Source: Acidimicrobiales bacterium
Lineage (GTDB): Bacteria > Actinomycetota > Acidimicrobiia > Acidimicrobiales > Iamiaceae
Assembly (NCBI GenBank): GCA_036724365.1
Contig: DAIMFV010000005.1
Span: 1 to 44,628, forward strand
Length of the DNA stretch: 44,628 bases
Direction: 5' to 3'
Shown here: positions 15,740 through 26,909 of the stretch, in pieces
Position numbering within the stretch: the first letter of the stretch is position 1
Layout: the number at the start of each line of letters is the position of its first letter
Made by a program: the position numbers and the translations under genes
Notes under the pieces: model-generated
The model's database searches: none
The model's input: only the letters and a program-made list of their open reading frames with translations
Told to the model about the DNA's origin: nothing

Positions 15740-17886
15740 GACGCCACCGCCTTCTCGGCGGCCTGTGGGGCGGGTCGGTCAGCGAGCTCCGGAGGGCGGA
15801 GCTCGACGCGGCGGAGGAGCTGTGCGTTGAGGGCCACGACGATGGTGGAGACGCTCATCAGCACGGCTGCGAGCGCCGGTGGCATGTTGATGCCCGCCCA
15901 CGCGAGGGCACCGGCGGCGACCGGGATGGCGAGCACGTTGTACCCGGCCGCCCACCAGAGGTTCTGGAGGCTCTTGCGGTAGGCGGCTTTGGAGAGCCGG
16001 ATGGTGCTGACCACAGCTCGTGGATCGGAGCTGGCGAGGATGAGCCCGGCGGATTCGATGGCGACGTCGGTGCCTGCCCCGATGGCGATGCCGACGTCGG
16101 CACGCGCCAGGGCCGGAGCGTCGTTGACGCCGTCGCCGACCATGGCCACCTTGAGGCGTCGGGCCTGGAGTTCGGCGACCTTGGCGTCCTTGTCCTCGGG
16201 GAGCACCTCGGCCATGACCTCGTCGACGCCGAGGTCGGCGCCGACGGCGTCGGCGACCTGTCGGGCGTCGCCGGTGATCATCACCACGCGCCGGTTCATG
16301 GCCTGCAGCTCGGTGACGGCCGCTCTCGCCTCGGGGCGGACCTCGTCCTCCAAGGCGATGCCACCGATGATGACGTCACCTCGGGCCAGGTACAGCACCG
16401 ACGATCCGCGGTCCTTCCAGGTCGTGGACCAGTCGGACAGTTCGTCCGGTTCGGTGAGCGACAACTCGCGCACCATGTTGGGGCCACCGACGGTGTAGGT
16501 GTCGCCGTCGATGGTGGCCTCGACCCCGCGACCGGTGATCGACCGGAAGTCGCGCGCCGTGGCGGTGTCGCCGCGGTCGTGGGCGGCGGTCACGATGGCC
16601 CGGGCGAGGGGGTGTTCGCTGTCGGACTCGACGCCACCGGCGAGACGTAGGACCTCGTCCTCGTTGATCCCGGCGCCGGCGACGCCGACGACGGTGTGGG
16701 CACCCTTGGTGAGGGTGCCGGTCTTGTCGAACAGGAACGCATCGACGGTGCGGCTTTGCTCGAGCGCGAGTCGGTCCTTCACCAGGATCCCGTTTCGGGC
16801 GGCCATCGCCGAGGAGATCGAGGTGGTCAGCGGGATCGCCAGACCGAGGGCGTGGGGGCAGGAGATGACCAGCACGGTGACGACACGGGTGACCGCCTCA
16901 TCGGTGTCACCGAGGGCAACCCACACCACGCCGGTGACAGCGGCGGCGCCGGTGGCGACGTAGAACAGCAGCGCGGCGGCACGATCGGCCAGGACCTGGG
17001 CCCGGGACTGCGACGACTGGGCCTCGGCCACCAGCCGCTGGATGCCGGCGAGTGCGGTCTCCTCCCCCACCGCGTCGACTCGGACCCGGATGGCCGAGTC
17101 GGTCGAGACGGTCCCGGCGACGACGCGGTCACCGGTGTCCTTGGCGACGGGCTTCGACTCGCCGGTGATCATCGACTCGTCCAGTTCAGCGGAGCCGTCC
17201 ACGATCTCGCCGTCAGCCGGAACCCGGGCCCCGGAGCGGACAAGCACCACGTCACCGGGTTGCAGGTCGTCGATCGCGACCGGCTCGACGGTGCCGTCAG
17301 GTCCCACCCGTTCGGCTTCGTCAGGCAGCAGCGCAGCCAAGGCGGCGAGCGCGTCTTGGGCTTGGCCGAGTGCGCGCATCTCCTGCCAGTGACCCAAGAG
17401 CATGATCGTGACCAGGGCGGCCAGCTCCCACCAGAAGTCCAGATCGAACGCGTCGAGGGAGGTGGCCATCGACGCGACGTAGGCGACAGTGATCGCCATG
17501 GCGATCAGCAGCATCATCCCCGGCTGGCGGTCCTTCAGCTCCCGTCGGCCGCCCTCGAGGAACGGCCAGCCGCCCCAGAAGAAGATCACCGACCCGAGGA
17601 CCGGACCGACCCACTCCATCCCTGGGAAGTCGAGCTCGTAGCCGAACCAGTCCATGACCATGTGGCTGGTGGCGACCACCGGGATCGTCATGACCAGGCA
17701 CCACCAGAACCGACGGCGGAACGCCTCGGTGTGGTGCCCGGCGTGCTTGCCGGCGGTGTGGCCGCCGTGACCACCCTCGCCACGTCGAACTTCGTGACCG
17801 GCGTGGTGGTGGTCGGGTCCGTGACCGTCGCTGCTGGTGTGATCGGCGGCGGTGTCGCTGTCGGTGTGGTGCTGTTCGGGTGCCAT
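15736..17886 (-). CDS. copB: Copper P1B ATPase with His-rich N-terminus (CopB-type)
   Basis: His-rich leader, TGES, CPHALG, DKTGTLT, SEHP, GDGVNDAP, YN and MSxS; alternative start 17913. Confidence 0.92.
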   Translation of the reverse strand: MAPEQHHTDSDTAADHTSSDGHGPDHHHAGHEVRRGEGGHGGHTAGKHAGHHTEAFRRRFWWCLVMTIPVVATSHMVMDWFGYELDFPGMEWVGPVLGSVIFFWGGWPFLEGGRRELKDRQPGMMLLIAMAITVAYVASMATSLDAFDLDFWWELAALVTIMLLGHWQEMRALGQAQDALAALAALLPDEAERVGPDGTVEPVAIDDLQPGDVVLVRSGARVPADGEIVDGSAELDESMITGESKPVAKDTGDRVVAGTVSTDSAIRVRVDAVGEETALAGIQRLVAEAQSSQSRAQVLADRAAALLFYVATGAAAVTGVVWVALGDTDEAVTRVVTVLVISCPHALGLAIPLTTSISSAMAARNGILVKDRLALEQSRTVDAFLFDKTGTLTKGAHTVVGVAGAGINEDEVLRLAGGVESDSEHPLARAIVTAAHDRGDTATARDFRSITGRGVEATIDGDTYTVGGPNMVRELSLTEPDELSDWSTTWKDRGSSVLYLARGDVIIGGIALEDEVRPEARAAVTELQAMNRRVVMITGDARQVADAVGADLGVDEVMAEVLPEDKDAKVAELQARRLKVAMVGDGVNDAPALARADVGIAIGAGTDVAIESAGLILASSDPRAVVSTIRLSKAAYRKSLQNLWWAAGYNVLAIPVAAGALAWAGINMPPALAAVLMSVSTIVVALNAQLLRRVELRPPELADRPAPQAAEKAVAS

Positions 17887-17909
17887 ATCGGGGCCTCCGC
17901 TGCTCGGGT

Positions 17910-18761
17910 TCATGATGCCGCGAGGTGCGGCTCGTCGTCGTTGGTCGGTGGTGCAGCCCGTCGCTCCCTTTGGTGGAGTACGGCCAAGGCCACGATCGAG
18001 GCGGCGATGGCCAGGAGGCTGACCCAGATGTTCACCCGCAGCCCGGCGAGGCGGGTGGCGTCGTCGATGCGCAGCGCCTCGACCCACAGTCGACCGAGGC
18101 CGTAGCCGCCCACATACAGGGCGAACAGGGTCCCGGGCGGGGCGCCGGGACGGCGGCGCTCGTAGAGCACCAGCAGCCCGGCGAGGGCGAGGTTCCACAG
18201 CGCCTCGTAGAGGAACGTGGGGTGGAAGGTGGCGAACCGCTCGTAGCTGTCGGGACGGTGGGCGACGTCGACGCGCAGCCCCCAGGGCAGGTTGGTGGGC
18301 CGGCCGAAGAGCTCCTGGTTGAACCAGTTGCCCAGCCGGCCGATGGCCTGGGCGATCGGGATGGCGGGGGCCACCACGTCGAGCAGCTGTGCGGCCGGCA
18401 GCCCTCGGCGGCGGGCCAGGACCACCCCGGTGACCACGCCGGCCAGCAGCCCACCGGGGATGCCGAGGCCGCCCTCCCACACGGCGAAGGCGTGCAGCCA
18501 GCGGCCCTGGAACCGGTCGTAGTCGGTGAGCACGTGGTAGGCCCGGGCGCCGATGAGGCCGGCGATCACCGACCACGTCGCAAGGTAGGAGATGTCGGCG
18601 GGGTTGCCGCCGCGGGTCGCCCAGCGACGCTGGGCGACCCACACCCCCACCAACACCCCGAACGCGATGGCGAGCCCGTAGGCCCGCAGCTGCAGCGGCC
18701 CGATGCCGATGGCGTTCTCCGGCGGGCTCGGTATCGCCCCCACCAGGAGGGCGACGCTCAC
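17910..18761 (-). CDS. lgt: Prolipoprotein diacylglyceryl transferase
   Basis: GARAYHV, WEGGL, QAIGRLGNWFNQELFG, HPTFLYE. Confidence 0.93.
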   Translation of the reverse strand: MSVALLVGAIPSPPENAIGIGPLQLRAYGLAIAFGVLVGVWVAQRRWATRGGNPADISYLATWSVIAGLIGARAYHVLTDYDRFQGRWLHAFAVWEGGLGIPGGLLAGVVTGVVLARRRGLPAAQLLDVVAPAIPIAQAIGRLGNWFNQELFGRPTNLPWGLRVDVAHRPDSYERFATFHPTFLYEALWNLALAGLLVLYERRRPGAPPGTLFALYVGGYGLGRLWVEALRIDDATRLAGLRVNIWVSLLAIAASIVALAVLHQRERRAAPPTNDDEPHLAAS

Positions 18762-19210
18762 GGCTCCTCCACCACCAGGGTGCCCTCCATGCCGGCCTCG
18801 CGGTGGCCGGCAACGGTGCAGTAGAAGGTGTACTCCCCCGGCTCGTCGGCCCGCAGGCCGCCTTCGGCGGTCTCGCCACCGTCGGCGGCGACGTGCACGT
18901 CGATGTCGTCGATGGTGAAGTCGTGCAAGAGGTCATCGGAGCTCAACACGATGGCGACGTCTTCACCGGCGGTGACGGTGATCTCGTCGGGGTCGAACTC
19001 GAAGGACGTGGCCTCGACCTCGACGCGTCGTGCGCCGGGCGCGACGGGCGTGGACTCGTCGTGGCCGTCCATGCCGCCCATGTCTTCGTCCATCTGACCG
19101 GGCATCGAGCCCATCGGGTCGTCGGTGGAGGCGTCGTCGTCGCCGCAGGCGGCGAGGACCAGGGAGAGGGTGAGCAGGGACAGCACAACAGCAATGAGGG
19201 ATCGGCGCAT
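18758..19210 (-). CDS. Cupredoxin lipoprotein
   Basis: LAAC lipobox; H...YTFYCTVAGHREAGM type-1 Cu ligands. Confidence 0.9.
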   Translation of the reverse strand: MRRSLIAVVLSLLTLSLVLAACGDDDASTDDPMGSMPGQMDEDMGGMDGHDESTPVAPGARRVEVEATSFEFDPDEITVTAGEDVAIVLSSDDLLHDFTIDDIDVHVAADGGETAEGGLRADEPGEYTFYCTVAGHREAGMEGTLVVEEP

Positions 19211-19284
19211 GAGCGCGCTCCTTTCGAGAGAACGGATGTGGCGGTGCGCGGGCGCGCACCGGGTTGTTCAGGTGAAAGGGCGCT

Positions 19285-19701
19285 TCAACAGCGCATGACC
19301 GACAGCCGGACCCACGCCGGGTCTGGCGGCCGTTGCGACTCGACCAGGCCACCGGCGGCCCGTTCGAGGGTGGCGGCGAGGGCCGTGATCAGCCCGCCGC
19401 CCAGGCGGCGTCGGGCCAAGCCGATGCCGACGATGGTGGTGATGATGGCCATGCACGCGGCCATCACGTGCCCGGCCAGGCAGTCGAGGCAGTGACCGTC
19501 CTCGGGCACCGACGCGGAGGCATCGAGGTGCACGCCGGGCTCGGTGTGGGCGTGGGCGTCGACCGCGGGCGCCGCCGTCGCGGCGGCCGGGCTGTGGTGA
19601 TCTCCGGCGCCGGCGTCGAGGCCGTGCATCAGCAGGAGCGCGCCGACCAGCATGGGCAGGACCAGGAGCCAGGTCCAGCGGGGCAGGCGCGTCGGCATCA
19701 C
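19285..19701 (-). CDS. His/Cys-rich membrane protein (DUF6153-like)
   Basis: LLMHGL, HCLDC..H...C, C-terminal PP...RLSVMRC. Confidence 0.65.
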   Translation of the reverse strand: MMPTRLPRWTWLLVLPMLVGALLLMHGLDAGAGDHHSPAAATAAPAVDAHAHTEPGVHLDASASVPEDGHCLDCLAGHVMAACMAIITTIVGIGLARRRLGGGLITALAATLERAAGGLVESQRPPDPAWVRLSVMRC

Positions 19702-19762
19702 GATCGACCGTACCGTCCGCGATGGCCCCCGGTCCTGTCGCCGCCCCGGCAGGCGGTGGCGG

Positions 19763-20047
19763 TCATGAGCGCAACAGCCGTTCGAAGGCGGTCATGGCCT
19801 CGTTGACCATGTCGTCTGGCGATTCGGTGCCGTCGCGTCCTTCGGCGTGGGTGACGCAGTGGCGGACGTGTTCGTCGAGGAGCCCGAGGGCGACGCTCTG
19901 GAGGGCCTTGGTGACCGCCGAGATCTGGGTGAGGACGTCGATGCAGTAGGTGTCCTCGTCGATCATCCGCTGCAGCCCACGGACCTGGCCTTCGATGCGC
20001 CGCAGCCGGGCCTGGTAGTCGTCCTTGCCTATCGAGTAGCCGCGCAT
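19763..20047 (-). CDS. csoR: Second CsoR-family repressor
   Basis: RLRRIEGQVRGLQRMI..YCIDVLTQI...HVRHCV. Confidence 0.9.
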   Translation of the reverse strand: MRGYSIGKDDYQARLRRIEGQVRGLQRMIDEDTYCIDVLTQISAVTKALQSVALGLLDEHVRHCVTHAEGRDGTESPDDMVNEAMTAFERLLRS

Positions 20048-20205
20048 CGGTCCTCCTGGAGTCGAATGGGTCGTTCCATCGTGGCGGGTCGCCGGTCGTC
20101 GTAGAGCGACCGGGCCGCGACGGCGATGGTGAGGATCTCGCCGATGAGCGCGACGAGATGTCGGGCCCGCTCCAGGTGCCCGGGTCTGCCGGGATCGACG
20201 TTCAT
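20029..20205 (-). CDS. Small hypothetical protein between thioredoxin and CsoR
   Basis: ATGA overlap with the thioredoxin stop; [29 protein letters not shown]. Confidence 0.35.
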   Translation of the reverse strand: MNVDPGRPGHLERARHLVALIGEILTIAVAARSLYDDRRPATMERPIRLQEDRCAATR

Positions 20206-20524
20206 GGAACGAGGTTCCCGATGCGGTCCTCGATGGCTTGGCGGCGGATGACGTTGACCAGCCGCTCTCGTTCCTCCCCGCCGTCGAAGACGACGAGGGT
20301 GGGGATGCTCCGCACCCCGTAGCGGGCCGCGGTGTGCGGGTTGGCTTCGACGTCGAGCTTCACGATCCGGATGCGGTCGCCCCAGAGCTCGGCGAGCTCG
20401 TCGAGGACGGGGTCGAGGAGCTGGCAGGGCCGGCACCAGTCGGCGTGGAAGTCGACCAGGACGGGGCCGTCGGCGCGCAGCACGTCGAAGGTGAAGCGGC
20501 CGTCGGTGGTGGTTCGGGGGCGGG

Positions 20525-20528
<4 letters not shown>
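20202..20528 (-). CDS. trxA: Thioredoxin
   Basis: [18 protein letters not shown]. Confidence 0.9.
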
Positions 20529-22809
<2,281 letters not shown>

Positions 22810-22810
<1 letters not shown>

Positions 22811-23718
22811 CAGTGGCCCTCGCCGTCGGTGTGGCCGTGATCGGCGGCTGTGGGGGGTGTGGTCGTCGGGTCGGCGTCGATGTCGACGGTGAAGGCGGCC
22901 GTGCGGACCTGCCCGTCGACGGAGAAGTCGAAGAACAGCCGGTAGCGACCCGCCGCCGGCTCGGCGATGCCGAAGGAGACCGGGCCGTCGCCGTCGGTGG
23001 GGTGGACGTGGAGATAGCCGAGATCCTCGGCGTCGATGGCCACCAGGTGGCCGCGGGCGCCGAGGTAGGGGTCGGGCTCCACGAGGGCGCCGTCACGACG
23101 AACCGACAGCGCCGCGGTGAGGCCGGCGGTCGTCGGGGTCAGGTCGAGGGTGACGGACAGGTCGTCGACGATCGTGGTGCCGGCCGGGTCGGGCAGGGTG
23201 CGTCCCGTCGCCGTCCCGGGTACGACGAGGTCGACGGTGAGGACCAGGTCGGGGCCGTCTGTGGGGACGGTGTCGGCGATGACCCGGTACCCACCCGGCT
23301 CGAGGGCGGGGAGCTCGACAGACCAGGTCCCGTCGGCAAGCTGGGGGTGCAGGTGGGCGTAATCGCCCAGGTCGTTCGAGACGACGATGAGGTGCATGGG
23401 TCGGTCGTGGCGGTCCTCGAACCCGGTGACCGTGACGCCGGCCGGGTCGAGCACCCGGAAGGTGAACCGCTGGGGCTCTCCTGCGGCGATGACCGTGGTG
23501 GGGGCGTCGATCCGGTAGTCCGCTGCGGCGGCGGGCTGGTCGCCGTGGCCAGTATGGGTGGTTGGGGTGAGGGTGGTGGAAGGCATGGGGGACTCCTCGT
23601 GATCGGAGTGGACGTTCGGGGTGGGGGCCGGGCCGGCGGCGGCGCCAAGGGCGGCGCCTCCGCCGAGGGCGACGACGGCCGCGAGGCCGAAGGCCGCCAG
23701 CCGGGCCGGGGTGGTCAT
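22810..23718 (-). CDS. Secreted His-rich protein of the kind found between copZ and copA in actinobacteria
   Basis: [30 protein letters not shown]. Confidence 0.75.
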
Positions 23719-23924
23719 GTGACGACCTCGTAGCTGGCTTCCTCGACCGCCGAGCGGACGGCGTCGGGGTCGACAGGCGTGTCGGAGGTGACGGTGAGCC
23801 GGCCCGAGGCGAGGTCGACATCGACGGCGGTGACGCCGTCGATGCTCGACACCTCGGCCTGGACTGAGCTGACGCAGTGCCCGCAGGTCATGCCCGCGAC
23901 CTGGAAGGTGGAGGTGGTTGCCAT
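23715..23924 (-). CDS. copZ: Copper chaperone (HMA)
   Basis: GGAGAG RBS; MATTSTFQVAGMTCGHCVSSV, 69 aa. Confidence 0.92.
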   Translation of the reverse strand: MATTSTFQVAGMTCGHCVSSVQAEVSSIDGVTAVDVDLASGRLTVTSDTPVDPDAVRSAVEEASYEVVT

Positions 23925-23947
23925 GGTGGTCTCTCCTGTGTGGTGGT

Positions 23948-24649
23948 TCACGGCGTGGCCGTGCGGTTGGTGGTGGTGGTTCGGCGCACGGCGGAGGCGA
24001 TGCCCGCGCCGCCTGCGATCGCGGCGAGCGAGCCGAGCGTCTGGAATGGACCGAACGCGACGCCCAGGAACCCGATCAGCGGACCCGACGCCCCATAGGT
24101 GACACGGGCCCAGCGCGGCGTTCCGTCGATCGCTGCCGCGGCTCGGGCGAGCAGGATCGACGCGACCGAGAACAGCACGGCGCCGCCGATCAGGGTGACG
24201 AAGGTGGGGATGCCGTAGACGTCGTCGTAGACGGCGGAAGCTCCTGCGTCGCCTTGGAGCTCGAGATGGCCGATGGCGGGCTGGGCGAAGGCGGCGACGC
24301 CGAATCCGGCGATCAACCCTGCCGAGCCCAGGACTGTGAGAGCGAAGCTCCAGACTGCTGGGCGGGTTCGGTAGCCCGTGGTGAGGATCGCTCCGGCTAG
24401 CGCCGCGACCCCGAGGGTGTTCAGTGTGAGGCCGAGGATGCTGCCCAGGAGGTGCTTGGCGAGGAACTCGTCCGTGCTCACGAAGCGGGCCCACGACGTG
24501 AACTCGGTGGTCGGGTCGGGCTGGTGGGTGATCGTCGCCCACAACGTGAGCAGCCCGAACACCGGGAGCAGCCACACCCCGTTGCGGAGATGGCGCAGGT
24601 CGACCGCCGGGCGCACTTCGATCGAATCGGCAGACATCGTCGTGGTCAT
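23948..24649 (-). CDS. Hypothetical multi-TM membrane protein, first gene of the cop operon
   Basis: Five to six hydrophobic segments; AAAGGGA RBS before ATG 24649. Confidence 0.7.
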   Translation of the reverse strand: MTTTMSADSIEVRPAVDLRHLRNGVWLLPVFGLLTLWATITHQPDPTTEFTSWARFVSTDEFLAKHLLGSILGLTLNTLGVAALAGAILTTGYRTRPAVWSFALTVLGSAGLIAGFGVAAFAQPAIGHLELQGDAGASAVYDDVYGIPTFVTLIGGAVLFSVASILLARAAAAIDGTPRWARVTYGASGPLIGFLGVAFGPFQTLGSLAAIAGGAGIASAVRRTTTTNRTATP

Positions 24650-24699
24650 CGGTCGTTCCCTTTGCCAGAGCGACCGGGTGGCCGCTGTGCTAGATACCA

Positions 24700-24714
24700 T
24701 ACCCCCCTAGGGTA
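24700..24714. promoter_or_regulatory. CsoR/RicR-type operator of the copZA operon
   Basis: TACCCCCCTAGGGTA, between minus-strand TTGACA and a TATGGT -10-like hexamer. Confidence 0.85.
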
Positions 24715-24860
24715 CCTTGTCAAGCGCGATCGACCGTCCTCCCTGAAGCGGTGACATCCCGGATGCAGGGACGTGTCGTCCGCCGGTCCGCACTACGCCC
24801 TGTCGTCGACGGGAGGAGCCGGGGCTCACAGGATCGGGGTTCGACCGCTACGTTGCCGCG

Positions 24861-25271
24861 ATGGAGCTGACGTCACTGCGCATGAAAACGCTGCCTGTAT
24901 GGCGGGTGGCAGTGGCCGTTCTGGCGGCCCTCGCAGTGACCGCATCCTGCTCGGGCGACGACTCGCCCCCAGCGGCGAGCGACGGCGGAGCCGGCGCGGA
25001 GTTCTACGCACAGTCATGTGCGTCCTGCCACGGCAGTGATCTGCGCGGCACCGACCTGGGACCACCCCATCTCTCTCAGGTGTACGCGCCGGATCACCAT
25101 CCCGACGAGGCGTTCCGAGCCGCGATCACCCAGGGCTCCCGGGCCCACCACTGGGAGTTCGGTGACATGGCACCGGTCGGGGGCCTCAGCGACGAGGAGA
25201 TCGACCTGGTGATCGCCTACGTCCGCGAGCAACAGGAGTTCCACGGCCTCGAGCCCTACCCGCCGCGGTGA
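24861..25271 (+). CDS. Monoheme cytochrome c lipoprotein (paralogue of 15114-15518)
   Basis: CASCHG, HLSQVYAPDHHPD, HHWEFGDM. Confidence 0.88.
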   Translation: MELTSLRMKTLPVWRVAVAVLAALAVTASCSGDDSPPAASDGGAGAEFYAQSCASCHGSDLRGTDLGPPHLSQVYAPDHHPDEAFRAAITQGSRAHHWEFGDMAPVGGLSDEEIDLVIAYVREQQEFHGLEPYPPR

Positions 25272-25292
25272 GGCGCTTCACGGACCAAAGGC

Positions 25293-25799
25293 TCAGGACC
25301 CGCCCATCATCGGACCGTCGCGCATCCACTGGTCCCAGTCGCCCATGTGGTCGCCCATCCAGTCGACCATCTGGTCGCACCACTCGGCGCTGCCGTTCGT
25401 GGCAGTGGGGTTGTCGGCCATCCACTGCTGGCAGGTGTCGCGCATCGAGTCGGGGTCCTGCCACATCATCGACCCCATCATCATTCCGTCTTGGCGCTGG
25501 CCCATCCGGCCGTTCATCCAGTCGGTCATGGAGCTGCACCACCCGTCGCCAGGACCGTCGGCGCCCTGGTAGCTGTCGGCCCACTGTTGGCACCCTTGGT
25601 GCATCCAGCCGATCTGGGCGGTGTCGTAGGCGGGGCCGTCATCACGGTTGGCGATGACCGCCGCGGCGACGCCGCCGACGGCGAGGACGGCGACGACGAC
25701 CGCCAGCACGATCCATCGGCGGGCGGTGCGGTTCGAGGCCGTGCGGGCCGGTGGGCTCCTGCTCGGTGGGTTCCACGTCGAGGTCTTCCATGGATCCAC
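25293..25799 (-). CDS. Membrane-anchored Met/Trp/Cys-rich protein; start uncertain
   Basis: TM helix followed by two CQQW...WC..M.DWM repeats. Confidence 0.65.
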   Translation of the reverse strand: MDPWKTSTWNPPSRSPPARTASNRTARRWIVLAVVVAVLAVGGVAAAVIANRDDGPAYDTAQIGWMHQGCQQWADSYQGADGPGDGWCSSMTDWMNGRMGQRQDGMMMGSMMWQDPDSMRDTCQQWMADNPTATNGSAEWCDQMVDWMGDHMGDWDQWMRDGPMMGGS

Positions 25800-25889
25800 G
25801 ATCCTCCCGGGTGGCGGCGGGGCACAAGGGACCTTGGGCCTTGCGCGGGGCGCCGACCGGGGGTTTGTGGCAACGGGCCCGCCGAGCGG

Positions 25890-26495
25890 TCAGACGGCCC
25901 GGCTGCGGCCGAGGCCAGGCAGGAACCGGCCGGCGGTGGCGGTGTAGCGCTCGTAGTCGGGGCCGTGGACGGTGCGCAGGTAGGGCTCCTCCACGAGGCG
26001 GACCTGGACCTCCAGCGCGGCGAACAGGGCGGCCAGTCCGGCGAGTGAGATGACGTTGCCGACCATGAGGGTGAGGCCGAGGGCGGTGACGAGCATGGCG
26101 GTGAAGATCGGGTTGCGGACCAGGGCGAATATCCCGCCGGTGACCAGGCCTGTGCGGTCGGCGGGATCGACGCCGATGCGCCACGACGCCCCCATCCGCA
26201 TCTGTGCGGCAGTCGTCGCCACGATCCCTGCGACGGCGAGCGCCAGGCCGACGACCTGCACCGTGGCGTCGTCCAGCGGCGCGATCGGGTCCAGCCCGGC
26301 GAGCCCGGCGATCGGTGCGGCGAACCCGGCGACCAGGGCGGCGACGAAGCCGAGCTTCGCCCACCACTGGGTGGTACCGGCCTCGGCGTGGAGACGCAGC
26401 CCGGTGTCGCCGGTCTGGCGCCACTGCACCCAGGTCCGCCAACCGAACGCGATCGCCGCGAACGCCACGTAGAGCACGAGCGCCAACACCGTCAT
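25890..26495 (-). CDS. Isoprenylcysteine carboxylmethyltransferase (ICMT/PEMT)-family membrane protein
   Basis: MGASWRIGVD, LVTGGIFALVRNPIF, EEPYL...Y..Y....RFLP. Confidence 0.85.
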   Translation of the reverse strand: MTVLALVLYVAFAAIAFGWRTWVQWRQTGDTGLRLHAEAGTTQWWAKLGFVAALVAGFAAPIAGLAGLDPIAPLDDATVQVVGLALAVAGIVATTAAQMRMGASWRIGVDPADRTGLVTGGIFALVRNPIFTAMLVTALGLTLMVGNVISLAGLAALFAALEVQVRLVEEPYLRTVHGPDYERYTATAGRFLPGLGRSRAV

Positions 26496-26552
26496 CACCA
26501 ATCTCCGTCCCGAACGACTTGTCTCATCGGCCTCGGACGGTATCATCGGTCT

Positions 26553-26909
26553 ATGCCGATGCAAAGTGGTGCGGTCAGCGCCGATGAGCGCAGCGACATC
26601 GATGTCGCCGCCCAGATGTTCCGAGGGTTCGGCGATCCGACCCGCCTGGCGATCCTCACCGAGCTGCTCGCCGGGGAGCAGCGCGTGGTCGATCTCGTCG
26701 CCGCGGTGGGTGGGTCGCAGTCGAACGTGTCCGGCCACCTGGCGTGCCTCAAGGAGTGCGGCCTGGTGCTGGACCGCCCCCAAGGCCGCGCCGTGCACTA
26801 CCGGCTGGCCAGCCCAGCGGTCGTGGACCTGCTGCGCCAGGCCGAGGTCCTGCTCGGTGAGATCGGCGAGAACGTGGCGCTGTGCCGCAACCACCGGATG
26901 CCGCGATGA
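26553..26909 (+). CDS. ArsR/SmtB-family metal sensor (CmtR/CadC-like)
   Basis: FRGFGDPTRLAIL, SQSNVSGHLACLKECGLV, C-terminal Cys. Confidence 0.9.
   Translation: MPMQSGAVSADERSDIDVAAQMFRGFGDPTRLAILTELLAGEQRVVDLVAAVGGSQSNVSGHLACLKECGLVLDRPQGRAVHYRLASPAVVDLLRQAEVLLGEIGENVALCRNHRMPR

Noticed and set aside
15736..18936. 1066-aa ORF suggesting a large N-terminal fusion on the ATPase
   Set aside because: The extension is an Arg/Pro-rich alternate frame over lgt and the cupredoxin gene; the real start is 17886 or 17913
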